From: Dictyostelium discoideum
Lineage: Eukaryota
Assembly (NCBI GenBank): GCA_000004695.1
Contig: CM000151.3
Coordinates: 3,264,001 to 3,328,000, forward strand
Direction: 5' to 3'
Length of the DNA stretch: 64,000 nucleotides
The position numbers were made by a program, and so were the translations under genes. Below are positions 14,808 to 26,881 of the stretch, piece after piece (positions within the stretch are counted from its first letter, which is position 1; each line of letters begins with the position of its first letter). A model generated the notes under the pieces. It was given only the letters and a program-made list of their open reading frames with translations, ran no database searches and was not told the origin of the DNA.

Positions 14808-16823
14808 TTAATTTTTCATATATAACTCTTTGATTTTATAAAATAGTTCAGAGTCATTGACATCGTCTGGTAATTGATAGTTTGGATCATTTAATAAATT
14901 TGATAAAATTTGTCTTGGAATTTTACCAACTTTTGTTTTTGGTAATTGGTTAATAACTATTATTTTTTTTAAGACTGCCAGTGATTCAATATCTTGCGTG
15001 ATGATATTATTAATTTCATTTTGTAATTTATTTAAATCAATTGATGGATTTTCTTTTAATACCAATATACCAATCGGTGCAGTACGACAATCTGGACTTA
15101 AAATACCAATAGAACAACATTCTAAAACTGATGGATGTTTTAAAATTGATGTGTCAATTGTATTTAATTGAATTTTATTACAACTTATCTTAATTTGATC
15201 ATCTGATCTTGAAACAATTGTATAAAATCCTCTTTGATCTATATAACCTAAATCACCTGAATCATAGTAACCTGGAAACCTTGTAAATAGTTGTTTAAAC
15301 TTTTCATCATTTTTATAAAATGTAATTGCAAAACTGGGTGGCATTGGTAGTTTAAATGCAACTAAACCAATTTCATTTGAATTCAAAACTTCACCTTCTT
15401 CTGAAAGTATTGATGGTCTAATATAAATTGATGGTACGCCAGTGGCTCTATAAGGAATATTTAAAGCATGGACACTAATAAATGAAGTTACGCCAATTTC
15501 ACTTTGACCGTATACTCTTAAACATTTTATTTTTAACTTTTGTTCAATGTATTCTGGAATTGATTCTTCAATTACTTCACCGCCACACCATATTTCTTTT
15601 AAATTTGATAAATCATACTTAGAACGTACAATTGTTCCTTCAGGATCAGTTTTAATAAGGTATCTAAATACAGATGGGGATGGAAATGTATGTGTTACTT
15701 TATGTTTTACAATAGCTATCCATAAATCATCTTCTATATGTTCGTTTTTTATAATACCACCTTCATACATTACCAAGGTGTTTCCTCCAGATAATAAACC
15801 ATAAAAGAAACCATGAAATGATACCCACCCAATATTTGCATTTGAAAATACAATTTGAGGTATATCTGATTCTTTACGGAATGTATAGTATTTAATACCA
15901 ACCATATGCGGACCATTACTTCTTACAACAGCTTTGGTATTACCAGTTGTGCCACTTGTATAAAGTATATATAATGGATGACTTGATTCTACTGGTACAT
16001 ATTCATAAAATGGTGATTGATTATTTTCTTTTAATTTTTTAATTTCATCATACCAACTTAATGTATTTGGAATAGTTGGAATATTTTGAACTTTTTTTAA
16101 TTTTGTTTCATCCAAAACTTCATTTCTAAATAGAGTAATTACATTACTTGGTTTAAAAGTTGATAATTCAATTGCTTCTTTTAAATTTGGTGTAAATGTA
16201 ATGATTTCGTCATTAAAAATACCATAATTTGTTGTAATTATTAATTTTGGTGTAATTGTTTCGATTCTATCTATTAAACTTTTAACCGAATAACCATCGA
16301 ATAATGTACATTGAGTTGCACCAATACGAGCACATGATAACATTGCAATTAATGGTTCTAATGTATTTGCCATAAATATTAAAACATTATCATTTTTTGA
16401 AACATTTAAGTTTAAAAGAACTCTTGAAAATTTACATACTTTTTCATATAATTGATAATAGGTTAATTTAATTGTTTTCTTTAAATATGGACATTCATAA
16501 ATTAATGCATCTTGATCTCTTTTAGCAGGATTTTTAATATGAATGTCTAATAAATTATAACATGTATTTAATTCACCACCTTTAAACCAATCTGGATATA
16601 TTTCATCGCCACTATAAACTTTATCATACATTTTTTCCCTTTTATTTTTAAAAATCTTAGTTTTTGTTTTAATTTTAATATCTCTTTTTTAACAAAGAAA
16701 AAAAAAGATATATATTTACCAAAAAACATTCTTTTTAGCAACCTCATCCCAAAAAGCTTCTGGATTAGAATTTGAATAACTGTTATCATTTAAATAATCA
16801 AAAGGATCACTAAGTTTATACAT
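14808..16823 (-). CDS. Acetoacetyl-CoA synthetase-like AMP-binding enzyme, paralog A (2 exons)
   Basis: - Exon 2: 14808..16638, ORF of 607 aa.
- Exon 1: 16720..16823, MYKLSDPFDYLNDNSYSNSNPEAFWDEVAKKNVFW.
- Intron: 16639..16719 (GTAAAT...AG, phase 2), joining as W|EKMYDKVY.
- Motifs: PDWFKGGELN; P-loop YTSGTTGNTKAVVRSNG; YGQSEIG; FPGYYDSGD; SRSDDQIKI; A10 PKTKVGKIPR.
- Closest architecture is AACS (WFKG..LN, SSGTTGAPK, FSKFPG..GD). Confidence 0.85.
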
Positions 16824-17522
16824 ATTTGTTTTTAATTATTTAATAAAATGAAAATGAAAAATTAAATATAATAAAATACAAATGAAATATTAAAAAAAAA
16901 AAAGAAAAAAAAAATTAATAATACTAAATCATGGAAAAAAAAAATTTATACATAAAAATAAATTTTATTGCACCCGTCATTAAAAATTATTCATATTATG
17001 AATATCCTAAATTACAAAAAGTGAGTAAACTAGAATTATGAAATGAATAAAATTAAATAAAAAAAATATGTCCACTAATAATTTCAATTAAGATTATTTA
17101 AAAGATACATGAAAAAGGTTTATTTAAAATCTCCAAATTTATTCCTACTACTTTTTTTTACATATACCATAATTCATAATAAAAAAAAATAAGAAATTAA
17201 TGTCGCAATAAAAAATATAAATAAATAAAATAATATGGAGAATTTTTTGGGAAAGTGCAAAAATTCTAATGAAAAAAAAAAAAATTCTTATTGTTTGTTA
17301 GATAATATTTTTATATAATAAAATTTTTAATAAACTAATATCAATTTCTAATTAATAATTAATCACACTTTATTATTAAATTATCATAAAATAATTAAAA
17401 AGAATCTGGCCATAAAAAAAATATATTTTAATAAATTAAAAATTGAAAAAATCTTATATTATTTAATTAGAATTGAATATTAATTTGTCATTAAATTATA
17501 AAAAATTTATTGATTTACCATA

Positions 17523-17640
17523 TTGTGAGAAATTTTACTATTGTAATTTCTCATTTTTTAAAACATAAAACTATAATTTAATAATATACAACAATTAATA
17601 GGAAATAATACTATTGAAATTTCTCATTTTTTAAAACATT
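17523..17640. repeat. Tandem direct duplication (~60-bp unit x2)
   Basis: 'tattgtaatttctcattttttaaaacataaaactataatttaata' is followed by the near-identical 'tattgaaatttctcattttttaaaacattaaactatagtttaata'. Confidence 0.8.
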
Positions 17641-17825
17641 AAACTATAGTTTAATATATTGTAGATTATTAAAAACTATAATAAAATGATAAAAAATAAT
17701 GGGTGTACAATAAATATTTAAATAAAAAATATTAAAATATAAGAATTTTTATTTTTTTTTAAATAATTTAACATTTTACTAGGTTTTTTTTTCCCGTGCA
17801 AGATATTTTTTTTTTTTTTTTTTTA

Positions 17826-17961
17826 AATTAAAAAAAGGTTTGAAATTATCATATCTGCCCAATATCTATAGGGTTTTAAAAATTTTCATTCATATATTTT
17901 TTGTAATTATCTTTATTTAAGTTTTGTCTAATTAAATGCCTAGATAAAATGGAGTCCAAAG

Positions 17962-17999
<38 letters not shown>

Positions 18000-19148
18000 A
18001 AATATAAATAGAATCATTTTATATCTTTCTCATTGTTTGAATTAAAAACAAAACAAATTATTTTATATCTTTCTCATTGCTTAGATTGGGATTTTATAAT
18101 TATTTTTTTAAAATTAAATTGTTAAATTTTTTTTTACTGATCAAAATTTTTTCATATCTTTTGAAAAAAAAAAAATAAAAAAAAATCTTAAAAATATAAA
18201 TAAATATTCATTTTAATAACCAAACAGTCTAGTTTTTATTTTTATTTGCAGTTTTTTAAGAAAAAAAAATTTAAAAAAATTTATCTATTTTTCCTTATTT
18301 TCTCTATTTTTTTTTTTTTTTAAGGAATATCTCTTTAGTGGTGATAAAAAATAAAAAAAGGATAGAATCCAAAAAATATGGATAATTAATTAATAATTTG
18401 GATATATGTAAAATAATAAGGAAGGAGGTGGATTAAAAAAACTCTTTTCGTCCCATAGTAAAACACTATTTTTAGTCAAAAAAAAAAAATAATTAAAAAA
18501 AAAAAATCAAAAAAAAAAAAATCAAATAATTTCAAACATATTATTTAAAAGTTTAAATTTTTTTATTTTTTTTTTATATTTTTTATATATTTTTTATATC
18601 TCCTACTTTTATTAAATTAAAAAAAAAATAATCCAAATTATTTTCTTTTTTAATTATTATTGTTGGAGGGAATTTTCCATAAAATTTCACTACAGTAGCG
18701 TAGTGAATTTTATTATTTAATTTGACTACGCTGCTGTAGTGAATTCCTATTGACGGTGCGTTCATGAAGTTAAACCTGGGTGGTGTGTGTTACACAATAT
18801 ACCGTGTGAGAATTCACAATAAGCAAATATTTCAATTTTATTGATGTCGTAGCCTTATTGCGGTTTTAATATTTTGGAAAAAATTAAAAACAGAGGTTGA
18901 AATAGAAACCTTAGTTCTTTTTTAAGTTACAAAATTTGTGCGACTTCTTTCAACTCAACCGATAAAGTTAGAATCCATTTTAACTACCAAATTATATTAT
19001 TTTTATTTTATTCTTATTTATTATATATTTCTTTTTTAATTAAATATTTTTGAAATTATAATAATATTTTAAGTGGGGAATTTGTGTGACATTTTTTTTA
19101 TATTTTGGTTTTTAAATATTATAATGAAACTTTTTGTAAAATTAAATA

Positions 19149-19207
<59 letters not shown>

Positions 19208-19490
19208 AAAATTAAATTTAATTTAAAATTAATTAAATTACAACGGGAGAAAACCCCTTTAAACAAAACAATAAGGATGGAGGTGGATTAAAAAAACTCT
19301 TTTTGTCCCATAGTAAAACACTATTTTTAGTCAAAAAAAAAAAAAAATCAAATAATTTCAAACATATTATTTAAAAGTTTAAATTTTTTTATTTTTTTTT
19401 TATATTTTTTATTTATTTTTTATATCTCCTACTTTTATTAAATTAAAAAAAAATAATCCAAATTATTTTCTTTTTTAATTATTATTACTC
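17826..19490. repeat. Composite dispersed-repeat block, copy 2 (R1, R3, GC-rich hairpin element, R2, R3), 3' of AACS-like gene B
   Basis: Same modules as 13395-14750 but rearranged: R1 17826-18215, R3 18420-18660, R2 18840-19270, R3 19275-19490. From the poly(T) of R2 through the gene the two copies are nearly identical. The hairpin part of R2 is more diverged (about 85%). Confidence 0.8.
18668..18745. repeat. Near-perfect 17-22-bp inverted repeat (hairpin) in a GC-richer ~190-bp insertion unique to repeat copy 2
   Basis: 'cactacagtagcgtagtgaatt' - 16-nt spacer - 'ctacgctgctgtagtgaattc', with one mismatch in the stem. The flanking 18750-18850 is also GC-richer than its surroundings. Confidence 0.7.
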
Positions 19491-19545
19491 TTTTTTTTTT
19501 TTTTTTTTTTTAGAACAAAAACAATTTACAAAAACTTTGCTAAAA

Positions 19546-21561
19546 TTAATTTTTCATATATAACTCTTTGATTTTATAAAATAGTTCAGAGTCATTGACA
19601 TCGTCTGGTAATTGATAGTTTGGATCATTTAATAAATTTGATAAAATTTGTCTTGGAATTTTACCAACTTTTGTTTTTGGTAATTGGTTAATAACTATTA
19701 TTTTTTTTAAGACTGCCAGTGATTCAATATCTTGCGTGATGATATTATTAATTTCATTTTGTAATTTATTTAAATCAATTGATGGATTTTCTTTTAATAC
19801 CAATATACCAATCGGTGCAGTATGGCAATCTGGACTTAAAATACCAATAGAACAACATTCTAAAACTGATGGATGTTTTAAAATTGATGTGTCAATTGTA
19901 TTTAATTGAATTTTATTAAAACCTATCTTAATTTGATCATCTGATCTTGAAACAATTGTATAAAATCCTCTTTGATCTTTATAACCTAAATCACCTGAAT
20001 CGTAGTAACCTGGAAATCTTGTAAATAGTTGTTTAAACTTTTCATCATTTTTATAAAATGTAATTGTAAAACTGGGAGGCATTGGTAGTTTAAATGCAAC
20101 TAAACCAATTTCATTTGAATTCAAAACTTCACCTTCTTCTGAAAGTATTGATGGTCTAATATAAATTGATGGTACGCCAGTGGCTCTATAAGGAATATTT
20201 AAAGCATGGACACTAATAAATGAAGTTACGCCAATTTCACTTTGACCAAATACTCTTAAACATTTTATTTTTAACTTTTGTTCAATATATTCTGGAATTG
20301 ATTCTTCAATTACTTCACCACCACACCATATTTCTTTTAAATTTGATAAATCATACTTAGAACGTACAATTGTTCCTTCAGGATCAGTTTTAATAAGGTA
20401 TCTAAATACAGATGGGGATGGAAACGTATGTGTTACTTTATGTTTTACAATAGCTATCCATAAATCATCTTCCATATGTTTGTTTTTTATAATACCACCT
20501 TCATACATTACCAAGGTGTTTCCTCCAGATAATAAACCATAAAAGAAACCATGAAATGATACCCACCCAATATTTGTATGTGAAAATACAATTTGAGGTA
20601 TATCTGATTCTTTACGGAATGTATAGTATTTAATACCAACCATATGCGGACCATTACTTCTTACAACAGCTTTGGTATTACCAGTTGTGCCACTTGTATA
20701 AAGTATATATAATGGATGACTTGATTCTACTGGTACATATTCATAAAATGGTGATTGATTATTTTCTTTTAATTTTTTAATTTCATCATACCAACTTAAT
20801 GTATTTGGAATAGTTGGAATAGTTTGAACTTTTTTTAATTTTGTTTCATCCAAAACTTCATTTCTAAATAAAGTTATTACATTACTTGGTTTAAAAGTTG
20901 ATAATTCAATTGCTTCTTTTAAATTTGGTGTAAATGTAATGATTTCGTCATTTAAAATACCATAATTTGTTGTAATTATTAATTTTGGTGTAATTGTTTC
21001 GATTCTATCTATTAAACTTTTAACCGAAGAACCATCGAATAATGTACATTGAGTTGCACCAATACGAGCACATGATAACATTGCAATCAATGGTTCTAAT
21101 GTATTTGCCATAAATATTAAAACATTATCATTTTTTGAAACATTTAAATTTAAAAGTACTCTTGAAAATTCACATACTTTTTCATATAATTGATAATATG
21201 TTAATTTAATTGTTTTCTTTAAAAATGGACATTCATAAATTAATGCATCTTGATCTCTTTTAGCAGGATTTTTAATATGAATATCTAATAAATTATAACA
21301 TGTATTTAATTCACCACCTTTAAACCAATCTGGATATATTTCATCGCCACTATAAACTTTATCATACATTTTATCCCTTTTATTTTTAAAAATCTTAGTT
21401 TTTGTTTTAATTTTAATATCTCTTTTTTAACAAAGAAAAAAAAAGATATATATTTACCAAAAAACATTCTTTTTAGCAACCTCATCCCAAAAAGCTTCTG
21501 GATTAGACTTTGAATAACTATTATCATTTAAATAATCAAAAGGATCACTAAGTTTATACAT
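19546..21561 (-). CDS. AACS-like AMP-binding enzyme, paralog B (2 exons); recent duplicate of A
   Basis: - Exon 2: 19546..21376 (607 aa).
- Exon 1: 21458..21561, MYKLSDPFDYLNDNSYSKSNPEAFWDEVAKKNVFW.
- Intron: 21377..21457.
- About 14 aa differences from A (about 97.7% identity).
- Same motif set as A. Confidence 0.85.
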
Positions 21562-22263
21562 ATTTGTTATTAATTATTTAATAAAATGAAAATGAAAAAT
21601 TAAATATAATAGTGCACAAACTCTAATGAAAAAAAAAAAAAAAAAAAAAAATTCTTATTGTTTGTTAGATAATATTTTTATATAATTAAAAATAAAAAAT
21701 TTTAATTAAAATAAATTAAATTATTTCCACTAAAATATTTTAGAAATTCTACACACCCCAGTGTGTTTTTTAATTTAATTTAATTTATTTTAATTAAAAT
21801 TTTTATTTTTATGTTGTTTGTTAAAAATGCTAATAATAAGTAAATATTTTTTTAAAGTGCTTGTTACGATTAAAATTAATTTTTTTTTTAAAGATTTTTC
21901 AACATTTGAAACTTATTAAAAAAAAAAAAAATTTTAATCATTACAAACAATATTTATATTATTATTATTTTTTTTATTTAATATTGATTAATCACAGTTT
22001 ATGCATTAAAGGAAATAAACAATAATTTATATCCGTCCTTATTATTTTTTTTGAATTTTTAACCTTTTTTTTAAAACAAAACTTCTAATGTAATCAAAAG
22101 GTAAAACACTATTTTTTATCAAACCAATAAAAAAAAAAAAAATATAATTAAATTTTTTTATTTTTTTATTTATTAAATTTAAAAAATAAATAATTCAAAT
22201 TTTTTTTTTTTTATTATTTTTTTTTCAAAAAATAAAAACAAATTTTTAAATTAAGTTTACTAA

Positions 22264-24281
22264 CTATAAATTTTTCATATATAATTCTTTGATTTCATAA
22301 AATATTTCAGTGTCACTGACATTATGGGGTAGTTGATAATTTGAATCATTTAATAAATTTGACAAAATTAGTCTTGGAATTTTACCAACTTTTGTTTTTG
22401 GTAATTGGTTAACAATTAAAATTTTTCTTAAGACTGCACATGATTCAATATCTTGTGTAATGATATTATTAATTTCATTTTGTAATTTAATTAAATCAAT
22501 TGATTGATTTTCTTTTAATACTAATACACCAATTGGTACACTACGAATAACTGGATCATAAATACCAATCGAACAACATTCTAAAACTGATGGGTGTTTT
22601 AAAATTGACGTTTCAATTGTATTTAATTGAACTTTTTTATAACCGATTTTAATTTGATCATCTGATCTCGAAACAATTGTATAAAATCCTCTTTGATCTT
22701 TATAACCTAAATCACCGGTATTATAATAACCTGGGAATTTAGAAAATAATTGTTTAAACTTTTCATCATTTTTATAATATGTAGTTGCAAAACCTGGTGG
22801 CATTGGTAGTTTAATTGCAACAAAACCAATTTCATTTGAATTCAAAACTTTACCTTCTTCTGAAAGTATTGATGGTTTTATGAAAATTGATGGTATGCCA
22901 GTGGCTTTATAAGGCATATTTAAAGCATGAACACTAATAAATGAAGTTATGCCAATTTCACTTTGACCAAATACTCTTAAACATTTTATTTTTAACTTTT
23001 GTTCAATGTATTCTGGAATTGATTCTTCAATTACTTCACTACCACACCATATTTCTTCTAAATTTGATAAATCATACTTTGAACTGATGATTTTTCCTTC
23101 AGGATCAGTTTTAATAAGGTATCTAAATACAGATGGGGATGGAAATGTATGTGTTACTTTATGTTTTACAATTGTTTTCCATAAATCATCTTCAATATGT
23201 TTGTTATTTATAATACCACCTTCATACATTACAAATGTATTCCCTACAGATAGTAAACCATAAAAGAAACCGTGAAATGATACCCACCCAATATTTGAAT
23301 ATGAAAATACAATTTGAGGTATATCTGATTCTTTACGGAATCTATAATATCTAATACTAACCAAATGTGGACCATTACTTCTAACAACAGCTTTAGCATT
23401 ACCAGTTGTACCACTTGTATATAGTATATATAATGAATGACTTGATTCTACTGGTACATATTCATAAAATGGTGATTGATTATTTTCTTTAAGTTTTTTA
23501 ATTTCATCATACCAACTTAATGTATTTGGTATCGTTGGTATATCATTTACTTTTTTTAAATTTGTTTCATCCAAAACTTCATTTCTAAATAAAGTTATTA
23601 CATTACTTGGTTTAAAAGTTGATAATTCAATTGCTTCTTTTAAATTTGGTGTAAATGTAATGATTTCATCATTTGATATACCATAGTTTGTTGTAATTAT
23701 TAATTCTGGTGTAATTGTTTCGATTCTATCTATTAAACTTTTAACTGAATAACCATCGATTATTGTACAATGAGTTGCGCCAATACGAGCACATGATAAC
23801 ATTGCAATTAATGGTTCTAATGTATTTGACATATAAATTAAAACAACATCATTTTTTGAAACATTTAAATTTAAAAGTACTCTTGAAAATTCACATACTT
23901 TTTCATATAATTGATAATATGTTAATTTCTCAGTTTTCTTTAAAAATGGACATTCATAAATTATTGCATCTTGATCTCTTTTAGTAGGATTTTTTGTATG
24001 AATGTCTAATAAATTATAACATGTATTTAATTCACCACCTTTAAACCAATCTGGATAAATTTCATCACCACTATAAACTTTATCATACATTTTATCCCTT
24101 TATTTTAAAAATATTAGTTTTTGTTTTAATATTAAAATCTCTTTTTTTATAAAGAAAAAAAAAAAAGATATATTTACCAAAAAACATGCTTTTTTGCCAC
24201 TTCATCCCAAAAATCCTCAGGATAAGAATTTGCATAATTACTGTCATTTACATAATTAAAAGGATCACTAAGCTTATACAT
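22264..24281 (-). CDS. AACS-like AMP-binding enzyme, paralog C (2 exons)
   Basis: - Exon 2: 22264..24097 (608 aa).
- Exon 1: 24178..24281, MYKLSDPFNYVNDSNYANSYPEDFWDEVAKKHVFW.
- Intron: 24098..24177.
- P-loop GNAKAVV; A10 PKTKVGKIPR. Confidence 0.85.
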
Positions 24282-24662
24282 ATTAATTTTTAATTAATTA
24301 AATAAATTATAAAAAAAAAAAAAAAAAAATTTTAAAAATTAATTTTAAAATTAAATATAATATAAATTAAAATTAAAAAATTTAATTATATATAAAAAAT
24401 AAAAGATTTAAATAATGATATATATTTTAAAAAATAAAAGATAAAAAATAAATAAAAATAAATGGGGGTGTTAAAAAACAAAAAATAACCACAAACACTT
24501 CTTTAAACTGTTTTATTATTTAACAGTTTTTTATTAAATACAATTTTCATTAATTGACCAATTATTATAATCATTTTAAAATTTTCCAATTTTATTCACA
24601 ATATTTGAATCTATTTTATATCATTTAACATATATTTTGTAAATTAATTCGATTCAAAATTT

Positions 24663-24702
<40 letters not shown>

Positions 24703-24753
24703 AATAAATAAAAAATGAGTAATAAATGATTAAAAATAGTTATTTTTAACTTT

Positions 24754-26290
24754 TCATATATAATTCTTTAATTTCATAAAATATTTCAATGTCAATGATA
24801 TTATCTGGAAATTGAAAATTTGAATCATTAAAAACTTTGGTCTTGGAGTTTTACCAGCTTTGGTTTTTGGTAATTGATTAACAACTACAATTTTTCTCAA
24901 GACTGCTAACGATTCAATATCTTGTGTAATGATATTATTAATTTCAGATTGTAATTTATTTAAATCAATTGAGTTGATTGATCTTGTTTTTGCTTTAAAA
25001 CTTTTTTTCAATGTATTCTGGGATTGATTCTTCAATTACTTCACCTCCAACCATAAATTCTTTTAAATTTGATAAACCATACTTTGAACGTATAATTGTT
25101 CCTTCAGGATCAGTTTTAATAAAGTATCTAATAGTGCTTGCCAATGACAATGCATGTGTCACTTTATGTTTTTCAATGGTATTCCAAAAGTCAACTTCAA
25201 TATATTTGTTTTTTATAATACCACCTTCATACATTATAAATGTAGATCCAGATGACAACAAGCCTTATAGGGAACCATGAAATGATATCCATCCGACATT
25301 TGAAAATGTAAATAATTTTATATTTTCATATTTTTCTGAAATATATCTGTTAAAGTAATTCATACAAACTAAATTTGGACCATTACTTCTTACAACTGCT
25401 TTAGCATTACCAGTTGTACCACTTGAATAAATAATATATAGTGGATGACTTGATTCTACTGGTACATATTCATAAAATGGTGATTGATTATTTTCTTTAA
25501 GTTTTTTATTTTCATCATACCAACTTAATGTATTTGGTATCGTTGGTATATCTTTTACTTTCTTTAAATCTGATTCGCTTGTAATATCATTTCTAAATAA
25601 AGTAATTACATTACTTGGTTTAAAAGTTGATAATTCAATAGATTCTTTTAAATTTGTGATGAAATTAATGATTCCATCATTAAAAATACCATAGTTTGTT
25701 GTAATTATTAATTTTGGTGTAATTGTTTCAATTCTATCTATTAAACTTTTAACTGAATAACCATCGAATAATACACAATGAGTTGCACCATTATGAGTAC
25801 ATGATAAAATTGCAATTGGTGCTTCAACCGTATTTGCCATATATATTAAAACATTATCATTTTTTGAAATATTTAAATTTAAAAGTACTCTTGAAAATTC
25901 ACATACTTTTTCATATAATTGATGATATGTTAATTTTACAGTTTTCTTTAAATATGGACATTCATAAATTAATGCATCTTGATCTCTTTTTAATGGATTT
26001 TGAACTTGTTTATCTTTATTTTTAGACTTGTTTCATATAAATTATAACATGTATTTAATTCACCCTTTAAACCAATCTGGATACATTTCATCACCACTAT
26101 AAACTTTATCATACATTTTATCCCTTTTAAAAATATTAGTTTTTGTTTATATTTTTTATATAAAGAAAAAAATGTATTATCTTACCAAAAAACATTCTTT
26201 TTTGCAACTTCATCCCAAAAAGCCTCAGGAAAAGAATTTGCATAATTGAAATCATTTAAATTATTAAAAGGATCACTAAGTTTAAACATT
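24754..26290 (-). pseudogene. AACS-like pseudogene D: multiple frameshifts and an internal deletion
   Basis: - The homologous reading frame is split across ORFs 24754..25035, 24995..25261 and 25265..25840.
- Further frameshifted N-terminal pieces run to ~26110. One example is 'ccctttaaaccaatctgg', which lacks 2 nt relative to the 'ccacctttaaaccaatctgg' of intact copies.
- An exon-1-like segment survives at ~26185..26290 (MFKLSDPFNNLNDFNYANSFPEAFWDEVAKKNVFW).
- About 140 codons of the middle are missing. Confidence 0.8.
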
Positions 26291-26881
26291 CTTATTTTAT
26301 TAATTTAAAAAAAAAATTAAATTTAAAATTAAATATTAATAATTTATATAATTGTATTAAAAAAAAAAATTAAAAATTATAATTATAATAAAATAAAAAA
26401 AATAAAAATAACCAAAAAAAAAAGTAATTGGGGTGTAAAAAACAAATTACCACAAACACTTTTAATTTGTTTTGTAATTAAGAAATATTTTTATTATATA
26501 AAATATAAAACTTTTCTTAATGATAAAACAGATTAAAAGGAATTTTTACATTTGGATCTCAATTTTTTTCTTTCCAAATATTTTTCTTAGATTACTAATA
26601 CTGCAATATTAAATAAAAAAAGGAAAAATATCTTTAAAAAATTATAGAAAATTATTATAAAAAAAAAATGACTAAAAACATTGGTTATTGTAGAGTAAAA
26701 AATTAAAATATATGAATATTTAAATTTAAAGACAAAACAAAATATGATATATAAATAAAATTTTAATAATTATTTTATTTGCTAATGTTATTATTTTTTG
26801 TGAATTTTTAAAAATAATTTTAAAAACAAAAAAAAATGACAATAAATGATTAAAAAAAAAACTGTCAATTTTTTATAAAGA

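Noticed and set aside
15547-15804. Antisense ORFs overlapping the AACS genes (15547..15804, 23006..23263, 25011..25280, 27642..27911, 29953..30222, 28128..28325, 30439..30636, 41029..41250, 41339..41536, 43982..44251, 44340..44537, 46969..47238, 50874..51152, and others)
   Set aside because: They recur at homologous positions only because the sense genes are paralogous. They are short, lack independent conservation of reading frame, and are classic shadow ORFs.
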